A stretch of 58,546 bases of DNA from an uncultured virus (IMG/VR IMGVR_UViG_3300013232_000003) (Duplodnaviria; Heunggongvirae; Uroviricota; Caudoviricetes): positions 62,001-120,546 of the IMG/VR virus record IMGVR_UViG_3300013232_000003; one strand, written 5' to 3'. The notes beneath the pieces are model-generated. The model saw only the letters and a program-made list of their open reading frames with translations. It did no database searches and had not been told where the DNA came from. A program made the position numbers and the translations under genes. Numbering within the stretch: the first letter of the stretch is position 1; each line of letters starts with the position of its first letter. Positions 1 to 9,075 of the stretch are shown here, in pieces.

Positions 1-15
1 AGGAGAAAAGAAAGA

Positions 16-624
16 ATGGACACCCTGATCCAACAGTACCGAAGAGAAATCTCCCGGTTAGAAGGAGAGTTGTTAAGGGTTCGTTACTTAAATGAACAGT
101 TGTCGAAGGAAATAAAAAGGTTGGATAGAGGGTTGGAAGAAGCCAACTCCACAATTCTTGAACGAGATATGCAGATCATTGAACTGCGGGACGAGCCGCG
201 TCTAACTGGAGACAAAGCCTGTAAGTTAATATCTCATATCCTTGCAGTAGTGCTGGACGGAACGGGGGTCGACTACCGTACCAAAGAAGGGTTCGTAAAA
301 TGGGGAGTAGTCGAACGGGATATCCACAAGGCGGTTTCCTCCGAGATCGAACGACTCGACAAGGGGTGGGAAGAAGCAAACAGCGCCCTACTGGACAAAT
401 CCATAGAACTGGTGGGAGTCAAAGATGAACTGGCCAGAGCCAACATCCAGGTCTCCGTCCTCTCCAAGCTTTTGAAAGAAGTGATGGACCAACCAGGGGC
501 AATACAGACCTGCACCCGGTACTGGAGCATTAGAGCGGTTCTGGAAGGGGGATGGAATGAACCAGAAGAACATCACCCACCTGCTGAAAATGCTGGGTGC
601 GGAGAAGATCAACAGCAATCCTGA
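16..624 (+). CDS. hypothetical coiled-coil protein with internal repeat
   Basis: AGGAG RBS at 1-5; heptad-rich; internal repeat SKEIKRLDRGLEEANS / SSEIERLDKGWEEANS. Confidence 0.7.
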   Translation: MDTLIQQYRREISRLEGELLRVRYLNEQLSKEIKRLDRGLEEANSTILERDMQIIELRDEPRLTGDKACKLISHILAVVLDGTGVDYRTKEGFVKWGVVERDIHKAVSSEIERLDKGWEEANSALLDKSIELVGVKDELARANIQVSVLSKLLKEVMDQPGAIQTCTRYWSIRAVLEGGWNEPEEHHPPAENAGCGEDQQQS

Positions 625-667
625 CTGGGTGATGTCCGGTTGCCCCTTCTACCAAATTTATATTTGA
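557..667 (+). pseudogene. orphan 5' remnant of a primase gene (36 codons)
   Basis: MNQKNITHLLKMLGAEKINSNPDWVMSGCPF aligns with the primase N-terminus at 1147 (QAKHIAAMLKLLGSEKISDWNHNPDWIMGTCVF); stops at the HNH cassette; not in the ORF track. Confidence 0.8.
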
Positions 668-692
668 CTTAGTGGGCAGTTTCCTCTACGCT
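664..692 (+). promoter_or_regulatory. sigma70-type promoter of the HNH cassette
   Basis: TTGACT-17 bp-TACGCT, followed by AAGGAGG RBS and GTG at 714. Confidence 0.6.
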
Positions 693-713
693 AAAAGAAA
701 GGAGGGGGAAACT

Positions 714-1157
714 GTGAAACCCGTAAAGCTTAGAGAACTGTCCCCAGAAAACAAACGTAACTACGACCGTTGGTCGAACATGAAGCAAAGATGTCGCAAC
801 CCAACTAGTCCAGAATGGAAAAACTATGGGGCTAGAGGCATAGGCATACACAAGCGATGGGATTCCTTCTGGAACTTCTGTGAGGATATAGGTGTAGCTC
901 CTCCCGGAAAGTCCTTGGATCGAATCGACAACAACGGAGACTACGGCCCCGATAATTTCCGGTGGGCCACGCCGTCCGAACAAACGTACAACAGGAGAAA
1001 GTATCCAAGAACAAAATATAAAGTAACCCCGCAAGTAGTTAGGAGAGCGCGTTCTCTTCAAAAGAAAGGATTCACCACACGGGCCGTGGCTAAAACATTA
1101 GGCATTGGGAAAACTTCCGCCCACAAAATCTTTCAGGGAGTATACGGTGCAGGCTAA
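714..1157 (+). mobile_element. free-standing HNH-type homing endonuclease with C-terminal HTH
   Basis: RWSNMKQRC.NP...NYGARGI...SLDRIDNNGDYGPDNFRWAT motif; HTH-like tail (TTRAVAKTLGIGKTSAHKI); start moved to GTG 714 on RBS. Confidence 0.85.
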
Positions 1158-2121
1158 ACATATAGCCGCGATGTTGAAATTGCTGGGCTCGGAAAAAATA
1201 TCGGACTGGAATCACAACCCAGACTGGATCATGGGTACCTGCGTGTTTGCTCCGTACCAGGGTCACAAAGGTAGGAAGGACAACCGACCCTCCTTCGGCG
1301 TGAAGGTAGACAAGATCTCCGGGTATCACTGCTTCGCTTGTGGGAGAAAGGGGAGGCTGTCGATGCTCCCATCGTACTTGGAGATGATCTCGGGCCGGGA
1401 TTTGAAATCGATTAGACAATTCGTCATGGAGCACGAGCACCTTGGGCTCGAGGAGTACGAGATGGAGGAAGAAGAAGCCGACGTCCACATCATGCCCGAG
1501 GGTGTGATGAACAGATTCGTTCGGCTCCAATCCCGAGGGCTAATCGGACTCAACTACTTGCAGAGCCGAGGGATGACCAAGGAAAGCATCGTGCGCTTCG
1601 GATTGAAGTACGACCCCACGAAGAACCGGATCATCTTCCCCGTGAGAAATCCTGCGGGCGATTTGATTGGAGTCCGCGGGCGTACTACGCAAAAGGAAGT
1701 CGAACCCAAGTACCTATCCTACAAGGACATGATGACCGGCCCGGAACCCAAGCGGTGCGGTTACTGGTTCGGGATGCAGTTCCAGCCTTCACCGGGCAAG
1801 CTGCTCATCCTGGTTGAAGGGGAACTGGATGCCATCATGACCCGGCAGGCCCTGGGTAAGGGAACGGTCTGGGCAGCTCAAGGAGCCAGCATCCCCAAGC
1901 GTCAGGTCGAGACCATCAGATCCATGACCACCAACCCCATCCTGATTCTCTTCGACAACGACCAGGCTGGGCATGACGCAGCAGAAAGGCTGGCGCAAGA
2001 GATCCGAGGGTTCGTCCCAAGAATCTTCATGGTGAAGAACTACCGGGGAAAGAACGACCCCGCGGACATGGCTCGGGACGGGGTGCTTCTCAAAGCCCTT
2101 CGATCGATGGAGGAGTCATGA
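1147..2121 (+). CDS. DNA primase (Zn finger + TOPRIM)
   Basis: C..H/HCFACG Zn finger, YLQSRG, RIIFP, LILVEGELDAI, FDNDQAG, NDPAD; GTG 1147 with GGGAG RBS. Confidence 0.92.
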   Translation: MQAKHIAAMLKLLGSEKISDWNHNPDWIMGTCVFAPYQGHKGRKDNRPSFGVKVDKISGYHCFACGRKGRLSMLPSYLEMISGRDLKSIRQFVMEHEHLGLEEYEMEEEEADVHIMPEGVMNRFVRLQSRGLIGLNYLQSRGMTKESIVRFGLKYDPTKNRIIFPVRNPAGDLIGVRGRTTQKEVEPKYLSYKDMMTGPEPKRCGYWFGMQFQPSPGKLLILVEGELDAIMTRQALGKGTVWAAQGASIPKRQVETIRSMTTNPILILFDNDQAGHDAAERLAQEIRGFVPRIFMVKNYRGKNDPADMARDGVLLKALRSMEES

Positions 2122-2492
2122 CCAGAATGAAAACCTACCGTCTCCCGAGTGGAGTTCTCTATCACACTGATAATGGAAGGGAGCAAGAGAAATTGGACAA
2201 CATGGAGTTCGATCACGATGGCTCTGCTGCCGCACGGGAAGTATACCGCAAGCAAGGGAGGATCGATGCTTACAAACTGATGAAGCAAGTCGTGGCCAAC
2301 TTTATCTCCACGGATTCAAGTTGTCCTCCGGAGTTGTTGAAGGCAGAGAAGTACGTGGTTGAAGGAATCATCCAGAAGTTCAACGACATCTTGGAATGGG
2401 AGGAACTCGGTGAGAACAGCGGAAGAAATGGCGAAGGAAACCCTGCGGATAGCTGTGGAAGTGTTCGGTCTGAGGCTGGAACCAGCGGGTGA
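2118..2492 (+). CDS. hypothetical protein
   Basis: ATGA overlap with primase; GGAGG RBS. Confidence 0.6.
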   Translation: MTRMKTYRLPSGVLYHTDNGREQEKLDNMEFDHDGSAAAREVYRKQGRIDAYKLMKQVVANFISTDSSCPPELLKAEKYVVEGIIQKFNDILEWEELGENSGRNGEGNPADSCGSVRSEAGTSG

Positions 2493-2721
2493 TCTCTTCG
2501 GCAGTGCTCGTATGGGAGACATGCCCCGGCTCGAGATCGCCTCGAAGTTCGTTATCTACGAGGAAGAGACTCTGCTTCGTCTCGAGTTGGCGAAGACACC
2601 GGCCAGTCAGAACATTACGCACACACACGCCAACATCAACAGGAATCTCCACGAGTGGGTTGGACCTAAACCGGCGTTTGAAGACACCGGGGCTCCTGTC
2701 GGAGTGCCTGACCCCGTGTAA
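2410..2721 (+). CDS. hypothetical protein
   Basis: GGGAGG RBS before GTG 2410; fills gap before the promoter. Confidence 0.55.
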   Translation: MRTAEEMAKETLRIAVEVFGLRLEPAGDLFGSARMGDMPRLEIASKFVIYEEETLLRLELAKTPASQNITHTHANINRNLHEWVGPKPAFEDTGAPVGVPDPV

Positions 2722-2730
2722 ATATGGGAC

Positions 2731-2759
2731 TTGACAAAACCCGCAAAGTGTGAGATAAT
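2731..2759 (+). promoter_or_regulatory. sigma70-type promoter
   Basis: TTGACA-17 bp-GATAAT in intergenic gap. Confidence 0.8.
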
Positions 2760-2883
2760 AGTTGTGTCGAATCGGGGAAAGGAGGGATGGCTACAGAGCA
2801 TAATCCGAAGTGCCGAAGGCACAGCAAACCGTCCCTGTGTGGACACCAACAAGGTCCCTGAAAGGACCAACGAAAGGAACGTC

Positions 2884-3642
2884 ATGAAAGTTGCAAAGAA
2901 GCCCGCCCCTACCGCTACTGTTGTGAAGAAGGCTGCCCCTGCTCCGGCGGCCGCTCCGGCCAAGAAAGACTGGTTCATGACCGGGGACAAGGGATTCGAA
3001 AAGAAGCACCAGCTCGATGCCGCCCACAAGCTCCGTCAGGAGAAGGGCATTCGCCGGTTTCGTCTCCAGGCCGGGGAAGAAGCAAATGTCGTGTTCGTCG
3101 ACAACGAAGGATTTTTCGTTCTTGAGCATCAGGTGGCTCCGGGTGGTCGTTGGCAGGACAGCGTATATCTGACCTGCGTTCGCGAGTTCGAAGCGTGTCA
3201 GGTCTGCCAGCAGGGGCACAAGCCGATCTTCACCTGCTACTTCACCATCATCGACATGCGGAAGTACACCCGTAAGGATGGCACTGAATCGACTCACCGG
3301 AAAGTTCTCATGCCGGTGAAGGGTGCTGCTCTCCAGGTCGTGGAAGAACTCAAGAAGGAATACGGGGATCTCACGGGCATCGCGTTCAAGGTACGTCGCC
3401 TCTCCAAGGATGACCCAAACTGTGGGCGTGACTTCAAGAAGCTCGGCCGATACAACATCGTCGGGAAACTCGGAGCGGAAGAAGCCAAAGCGTACGAGTA
3501 CAAAAAGATCATGGCTCCTCCAGAAGGTGATGACTTCAAGGCCGCGGGTCTGACAGTCACGAAGTCGGTTGGTTCTTCCGACGACGTGGATGCAGAGCTG
3601 GATGAAGAGTCTGATGATTCTGTGGAGGCTATGCTCGATTAA
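2884..3642 (+). CDS. single-stranded DNA-binding protein (phage type)
   Basis: Ala/Lys/Pro-rich N-terminus, H..C..CQVC Zn motif, strongly acidic C-tail (DDVDAELDEESDDSVEAMLD); ATG 2884 with GAAAGGA RBS; next to helicase. Confidence 0.7.
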   Translation: MKVAKKPAPTATVVKKAAPAPAAAPAKKDWFMTGDKGFEKKHQLDAAHKLRQEKGIRRFRLQAGEEANVVFVDNEGFFVLEHQVAPGGRWQDSVYLTCVREFEACQVCQQGHKPIFTCYFTIIDMRKYTRKDGTESTHRKVLMPVKGAALQVVEELKKEYGDLTGIAFKVRRLSKDDPNCGRDFKKLGRYNIVGKLGAEEAKAYEYKKIMAPPEGDDFKAAGLTVTKSVGSSDDVDAELDEESDDSVEAMLD

Positions 3643-4983
3643 ATGACGACGCCCATCCTGAGTAAAGAGACGCTCTCGGTTTCAGGCTGGGCGACCGTTC
3701 GTCTGCACAATAAGGCGGAGGCTCTTCGGAGTCTCCGCCTTATCCCTACGGCAGGTGAGAACAATCCTCCCGAGTTCGACAGGCCTCTTCCCCAATACCA
3801 AGAGATGCCTGACGGGACTGTTCTCATCCCGCGGGCTCTTGCAGGGGACGACCGCCTAGTGATTGCTGATCCCGGCTGGCAGATGATGAACCGGGCCTCA
3901 GAAATGAAATCGATTTCATTCCGCACTGGTCAGAAGGAAACCATCGACGCTTGGAAGGCGGGGCTGTCCAATGGGAGCCCCTACGGTGGCATCATTCAAG
4001 CTGTCACCGGAGCTGGCAAGACCTTCATGGGCATCAAGATCGCGATGGATCTGGGCATGAAGACCCTGATCATCGTGCCTCGTACCAGTCTCATGCAGCA
4101 GTGGAAGGACAAGGTTCTCCAGTACACGAACATCCCAGAAGAACGCATCGGCATCGTCCAAGGCACTCAGTTCGATATCGGGGGCAAGGACATCGTGATC
4201 GCAATGATTCACACGCTGGCTCAGAAGGCCGATCGGTTTACCCCGCGCCTCTTCACTAACTTCGGTCTGGTTATCTACGACGAGACCCATGTCCTTGGGG
4301 CCGAGACCTTCTCAAAGACAGCGCCGCTGTTCTGGTGCAAGTACCGATTGGGATTGAGTGCTACCCCCCGCCGCAGCGACGGCATGGACGACGTGTTCTT
4401 CTGGCACATTGGGAAAGTCACCGCCAGATTCACCCGGCTCCAAGCTGATGCTCGAGTACGGATGCTGCCGTATCGTGGTGGTGACGCTGGTCACGAGGGT
4501 TGCTTCTTCGGGGGCAATCTGAACCTTGGTCGGTACTTCAACCGACTCATGAAGTCCCCGAGCAGGACCACCCTCATCGGTGAGATTCTCATGAGGCTTT
4601 ACAACAACGACGAAGAGATCCTCCTGCTTGCCGATCGCATCCAGATGTTGAATAACCTCAAGCAGTACATGATCAACAAGGGGGTACCGGCAAATGAAAT
4701 TGGGCTCCTTACGGGGTCTATCAAGCAGCTCGATAAGAAGGTCATCCTCGGCACGTACGGATCTGCTGGTATGGGAGTTGATATCCCCCGCCTTTCGGCG
4801 CTGGTTCTTGCGACACCTCGAGCCGAGATCGAGCAGGCTGTTGGTCGTGTACTTCGCCAAGGTACGCCGATCGTTGTGGATGTAGTGGACACCTCCTCTG
4901 GGATCATGAAAGGCTGGGCAAAGGCCCGCTTGAAGTTCTACAAGAAAATCTCGGGAGACATAAAGATACACTGCGAACTCTAG
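3643..4983 (+). CDS. superfamily 2 (DExH) DNA helicase
   Basis: AVTGAGKT, DETH, LSATPRR, GVDIP, QAVGRVLR motifs. Confidence 0.92.
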   Translation: MTTPILSKETLSVSGWATVRLHNKAEALRSLRLIPTAGENNPPEFDRPLPQYQEMPDGTVLIPRALAGDDRLVIADPGWQMMNRASEMKSISFRTGQKETIDAWKAGLSNGSPYGGIIQAVTGAGKTFMGIKIAMDLGMKTLIIVPRTSLMQQWKDKVLQYTNIPEERIGIVQGTQFDIGGKDIVIAMIHTLAQKADRFTPRLFTNFGLVIYDETHVLGAETFSKTAPLFWCKYRLGLSATPRRSDGMDDVFFWHIGKVTARFTRLQADARVRMLPYRGGDAGHEGCFFGGNLNLGRYFNRLMKSPSRTTLIGEILMRLYNNDEEILLLADRIQMLNNLKQYMINKGVPANEIGLLTGSIKQLDKKVILGTYGSAGMGVDIPRLSALVLATPRAEIEQAVGRVLRQGTPIVVDVVDTSSGIMKGWAKARLKFYKKISGDIKIHCEL

Positions 4984-4992
4984 GAGTACCCA

Positions 4993-5643
4993 ATGTCGTA
5001 CCAACAGGAGTACTACCAAAAACACCGGGAACGCATTCTCAAGGACCGCGCCTTGAGGTACGCAAGCGACGAGCAGTATCGAAGCGTAACGCTTGCCAGA
5101 GCCCGGATTTCGAGCGCGAATAGGAGAGCCGTGACGAAGTCGCTGTCCGACACGGTAGTGGTTGCAGGCAGACGAGAGAAGTCTTTCAGAATGATGGAGC
5201 TGCCTAAATACATAAACCGCAGCTACAGTGTCCTACGGCAATGGCTTCGTAGCGGAATCGTGCCGAACCCCTGCTATAAAGATGAAGCAGGGAAGGTAGT
5301 ATTCCCATGGTCCCAAGCAGAGTTGCTGAGATATCTAGTTAGTCACACGGATGGGGGGTTACTAGAAGTCACCTACCCAGAGATGAAAACCGTCCTTCAC
5401 AAGCTCTGGAGGACCCAGTTCAGGGTGTTCGTTGTGATAAAAGAGCTAGAAGGAATCAGGAATGGCAAACGACGAAGAGTTCACCACCAGAGTCGTGGAA
5501 AGCCTGCTCAAGCAGAGGCAAAACAACGGACTCCGATCGGCAAACGGGTTTCTTCGACACGGAAGCCCAATCCCTATGACAGCAAAGGAGCTGCCAGAGG
5601 TGGTCGCAAAGTTCGCAGGGAAGACAAAGGCGTTAAAGCTTGA
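4993..5643 (+). CDS. putative DNA-binding protein (MerR-like HTH)
   Basis: AGGAG RBS; ELPKYINRSYSVLRQWLRSGIVP resembles MerR/excisionase HTH; last ~60 aa overlap the next gene. Confidence 0.55.
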   Translation: MSYQQEYYQKHRERILKDRALRYASDEQYRSVTLARARISSANRRAVTKSLSDTVVVAGRREKSFRMMELPKYINRSYSVLRQWLRSGIVPNPCYKDEAGKVVFPWSQAELLRYLVSHTDGGLLEVTYPEMKTVLHKLWRTQFRVFVVIKELEGIRNGKRRRVHHQSRGKPAQAEAKQRTPIGKRVSSTRKPNPYDSKGAARGGRKVRREDKGVKA

Positions 5644-5848
5644 AGAACTCAAGTACAGCCTCCTCGATGGAACGGACGCCGTGCGGTTCGACGCCAGGGT
5701 ATCCTTCTTTCTAACCATCGAAGAAATGGAAGCCACTACCCTAAAGAAGTTGATCGATTTGCTTGATGCGACCATGGTCCAGATCACCCAGGAAACAGAG
5801 ACGGCCAAGGCAAAAAGGCCTGTGAAGCGAACCATCATCATCGACTAA
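5462..5848 (+). CDS. hypothetical protein ending in KRTIIID
   Basis: AAGGA upstream; typical codon usage; abuts next gene's RBS. Confidence 0.65.
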   Translation: MANDEEFTTRVVESLLKQRQNNGLRSANGFLRHGSPIPMTAKELPEVVAKFAGKTKALKLEELKYSLLDGTDAVRFDARVSFFLTIEEMEATTLKKLIDLLDATMVQITQETETAKAKRPVKRTIIID

Positions 5849-5855
5849 GGAGAAC

Positions 5856-6305
5856 GTGATGCCGATCAAGATGAACAAGAACGCCAGCATCATCCGCAAG
5901 GCCGCAGAAAAGAAATTGATTGGAAAAAAGGGAACCATGGTCATGACCAAGGACAACACCTCCAAGTCTGCCCCGGTGGGAGATGTCGTGAAGTCGGCCG
6001 AGAAGCTGGCTGAAGTACGAGTCGGTATCGGTTCAACCCTCAACATGGGCAACTACGAGAGCCTGCGTCTCGGCGTGGACATCTCTCTTCCCAGCACTGA
6101 AAAGGATCTCGAGAAGACGTTCAACAAAGCCTTGGAGCTGGCTGAGAAGAACTTGGAGCGGATGATCACGAAGTTCAAAGGCCCGCAGAATCAGGTTCTC
6201 CAGCCCGGCAGCTCGAAGCGTTCAGCACAGGAAGTTCTCGACGATGATGAGATTGACGAGGACGATCTGGAGTCGGACAACCCGGACGACGAAGTGGAGC
6301 TCTAA
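5856..6305 (+). CDS. conserved phage hypothetical protein with acidic tail
   Basis: AAGGAG RBS; GSTLNMGNYESLRL motif; acidic C-terminus; directly upstream of RecA. Confidence 0.75.
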   Translation: MMPIKMNKNASIIRKAAEKKLIGKKGTMVMTKDNTSKSAPVGDVVKSAEKLAEVRVGIGSTLNMGNYESLRLGVDISLPSTEKDLEKTFNKALELAEKNLERMITKFKGPQNQVLQPGSSKRSAQEVLDDDEIDEDDLESDNPDDEVEL

Positions 6306-7396
6306 TGAAGGCATCCGACATGGTGACCAAGATGAACAAGGAGTTCCCCCACTCGGTTAGGGAGGGGGTGTCCCTCAGGGACATGACAGTTCCGCGGCTA
6401 CCATCTGGATGCTTCTCCTTCGATCTGATTACCGGAGGGGGTATTCCCATGAGCCGTGTCTCCGTACTGCACGGGGACAAGAGCAGCGGCAAGAGTACCT
6501 TCGCCCTCAGGGTGGCCGGGAACTTCCAGAAGATGTATCCACATCTGACAGTGCTCTACGTGGACTTCGAGAACACCTTCGACTATGCCTGGGCCAAGTT
6601 CTTCCTCAACCCGGAGAAGAACTTCGTGCTGATCTCCCCGGACTACGGAGAGCAGGGTATCGACATGGTGAAGGCCTTCGCTACCAAGACCGAGGACGTG
6701 GGGCTCATCATCGTGGACTCCCTCGCTTCGATCATCCCCACCGCGGAGGCAGAAGCAGGGGCCACGGAGAACCCGCAGATCGGCCTTCAGGTCAAGCAGA
6801 TCAACCGTATGATCCGAGGGCTGCTCCCTCCGATGACCATGGCCAAAAAGATGGGCAGGGACATGACGATCCTGTTCATCAATCAGGTCAGGGCAAACAT
6901 GAACGCCGGGAAGTTCGGGGCGCAGACCTCACAGCCGGGTGGGAAGTATCTCGGGCACGTTGCATCTCTCGACTGCCGGTTCTACGCCAAGGAGTACAAG
7001 AAGAAGGGCACGGTGGCCTATGCTGTTTTGCAGTCCGTGGTGGTGGACAAGAACAAGGTGGGCCTGCCCAAACGATCAAGCGACTTCCTCACGTTCCTCA
7101 CCCGCTACGGCAAGTTCAAGCCGGGGGATGTTGACGAGATCAAGACCGTGATCGCGTACGCCAAACGGGCAGGTCTCATCGAACGGGACGGTGCCACTTG
7201 GAAGATCAAGCTGGTGAAGAAAGCCAAGAAAGGCGAAGCGGAAGCTGAACCGTTGACCTTTCCAAAGCTCGACGCCTTGATTGCCGCACTGGAAGAACAA
7301 CCGAGACTGTTCGCCAAAGTGAAATCGATTACACTTCGCACCTGCATTGAGAACCCCGTGCTGCTGGGGGATGCACAAGCAGAGGAGAGTGTATGA
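6305..7396 (+). CDS. recA: RecA/UvsX-like recombinase
   Basis: FDLITGGGIP, Walker A GDKSSGKST, YVDFE, IIVDSLAS, FINQVR, PGG, KNKV. Confidence 0.92.
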   Translation: MKASDMVTKMNKEFPHSVREGVSLRDMTVPRLPSGCFSFDLITGGGIPMSRVSVLHGDKSSGKSTFALRVAGNFQKMYPHLTVLYVDFENTFDYAWAKFFLNPEKNFVLISPDYGEQGIDMVKAFATKTEDVGLIIVDSLASIIPTAEAEAGATENPQIGLQVKQINRMIRGLLPPMTMAKKMGRDMTILFINQVRANMNAGKFGAQTSQPGGKYLGHVASLDCRFYAKEYKKKGTVAYAVLQSVVVDKNKVGLPKRSSDFLTFLTRYGKFKPGDVDEIKTVIAYAKRAGLIERDGATWKIKLVKKAKKGEAEAEPLTFPKLDALIAALEEQPRLFAKVKSITLRTCIENPVLLGDAQAEESV

Positions 7397-7908
7397 TCTA
7401 CTCCTGCGACCTCTGTGGGAAGGTGTACGAGGACAAACCAGACCCCATGGCTTTGATCTCCAGGGTGTGCTCCTTGGACTGTCTTGAAGAACATGCTGTA
7501 CGGTGCAAAGGGTTTGGCACTTTCGACAAAGTGAACAGAAGGGAGATAGCACCACACCTAACGCCCAAACCCGGCACTGTGAAGGTGTTTGCTGACAGTA
7601 TGAGATCCTACCGTAGTCGTGCAGAAGTGAAGATGGCCCAGGTATTGACCTCCATGGGGGCTATCTATGACTACGAACCGCTAGTGTTCTACATGACGAT
7701 CAAGAACAAGGTGGCAGGGTATGTGCCCGACTTCCTAACCCCGGGGCTGCTAATAGAGGTAAAGGGGATGTGGACCACGGAAGGGAAACAGAAGGTGAAG
7801 GCCTTCCGCGGAACCTTTCCTGAGATCACACTCCTCGTGTTCAACGACAAGGTGATCGATCGACTGAAACGAGAAGCCAATGCCAGAGTACGCAGCAATC
7901 GTAGGTGA
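7393..7908 (+). CDS. PD-(D/E)XK endonuclease (endonuclease I-like) with N-terminal Zn finger
   Basis: YRSRAE, YDYEP, YVPDF, LIEVKG; N-terminal CDLC/CSLDC. Confidence 0.8.
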   Translation: MIYSCDLCGKVYEDKPDPMALISRVCSLDCLEEHAVRCKGFGTFDKVNRREIAPHLTPKPGTVKVFADSMRSYRSRAEVKMAQVLTSMGAIYDYEPLVFYMTIKNKVAGYVPDFLTPGLLIEVKGMWTTEGKQKVKAFRGTFPEITLLVFNDKVIDRLKREANARVRSNRR

Positions 7909-8836
7909 CCATCTGATCCAGTCGTACCCTCCCGTAGACGAAGGGAGGTTGTTCGACCCAACGATCCATGTGTCGAACCTAATCGACTTCTGCCCAAAAG
8001 AGTTCTGGCTCTGTCGGGAGCACGGGAGAAGCTACCACCAACGGATGTACATCGGAGTCAGAACGGGATGGGACTTCGACCTGGGCCACGCCATCCAACG
8101 CATTCAGGCTGAACGGCTATCCCTACGAGGAGTGCTCTATGGCACCTGGAAATGCCTACACTGCGGAACTCTTGAGTTACGGTACTATCGAAAGGGCGTT
8201 CGGTGTTCCTCTTGCCGAGCAAAGGCTTCCACCCCTGTCGATACTACGCTTGTCAGGGAAATCGGAGTTATCAGCGTTGTTGGAAATGTTGATCTGTTCC
8301 CTATCGTCCAACTCAATCCCCCCAAGCTCGCCGTCTGCGACTCCAAGTCCATTAAGGCTGAGGACTTCGATAAGCTCAACGGGCCGCACGTGGGCTACCG
8401 TAGGCAGGTCCAACTATACATGGGTCTTATCGCCAGAGGGGCTAAAACCCTGCCTCACGTTCGAGTCATCGACCCCTTCCCGGAGGTATGCACGGAGACG
8501 GCGGTAATCGCCTATGCCTCCAAGGGCTCGCGGCCGATGCCATTCAAGCAGTTCGACGTACAGCAAGACCCAGAGTTCATTGCCAACGTGGAAGAGAAAC
8601 TCCAATCGCTTTCAATTCATGTGTTGGAGGGAACCTGTCCACCGCAGCAGTGCGGATCGATGTACGACATGATGGCCAAGAAGTGCGCCGTCCGGGACAT
8701 CTGCTTCATGTACAACCAAGGTCAAGAACCCCCGCCACCGGAGCCTCCTCTGGAATTTCCAGACCATGCCCTGATTCCAAGGGTAGATGCCAAATTCTCC
8801 AGAACCCGACGAGTCGTAAAGGAGCCCAAGCGATGA
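7880..8836 (+). CDS. Cas4/RecB-like PD-(D/E)XK exonuclease
   Basis: N-terminal SNLIDFCPK, GNVD..DSKS, QVQLYM, C-terminal Cys cluster typical of Fe-S staple nucleases. Confidence 0.75.
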   Translation: MPEYAAIVGDHLIQSYPPVDEGRLFDPTIHVSNLIDFCPKEFWLCREHGRSYHQRMYIGVRTGWDFDLGHAIQRIQAERLSLRGVLYGTWKCLHCGTLELRYYRKGVRCSSCRAKASTPVDTTLVREIGVISVVGNVDLFPIVQLNPPKLAVCDSKSIKAEDFDKLNGPHVGYRRQVQLYMGLIARGAKTLPHVRVIDPFPEVCTETAVIAYASKGSRPMPFKQFDVQQDPEFIANVEEKLQSLSIHVLEGTCPPQQCGSMYDMMAKKCAVRDICFMYNQGQEPPPPEPPLEFPDHALIPRVDAKFSRTRRVVKEPKR

Positions 8837-9075
8837 TGAGGAGAACCTATACCGTTACTATTGGGTTGAAGTTCAACGACCTGACGCTGGAAGAAGCTCA
8901 TAACCTCGAGACCTTCATGGACGGGTTGGCTGCCAGAGAGGAATGGGGTGAACCAGAGATTTCGTGGGATTTGCGACTGCTTGGGATGCGTAACCCCAAA
9001 GTGGAAAAGAAACCCATGACCGCTAAGAGACTTCTAGAGCTTGAGAAAGAACACGCCGGGAAGGAGAAGAAGTGA
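8833..9075 (+). CDS. hypothetical protein
   Basis: AAGGAG RBS; ATGA overlap; start trimmed from the listed 8488 ORF. Confidence 0.6.
   Translation: MMRRTYTVTIGLKFNDLTLEEAHNLETFMDGLAAREEWGEPEISWDLRLLGMRNPKVEKKPMTAKRLLELEKEHAGKEKK

Noticed and set aside
650..1250. Group I intron interrupting the primase
   Set aside because: The HNH ORF with its promoter and RBS fills the interval, leaving no room for a ribozyme core, and the downstream gene has its own complete N-terminus.
2731..2883. N-terminal 51-aa extension of the SSB ORF from TTG 2731
   Set aside because: The TTG is the -35 box of a promoter; the RBS-supported start is ATG 2884.
7880..8836. CRISPR-Cas system suggested by the Cas4-like nuclease and the dispersed repeat
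   Set aside because: No repeat-spacer array or other cas genes; the 14-bp motif copies are kilobases apart; solo Cas4-like nucleases are common in phage recombination modules.
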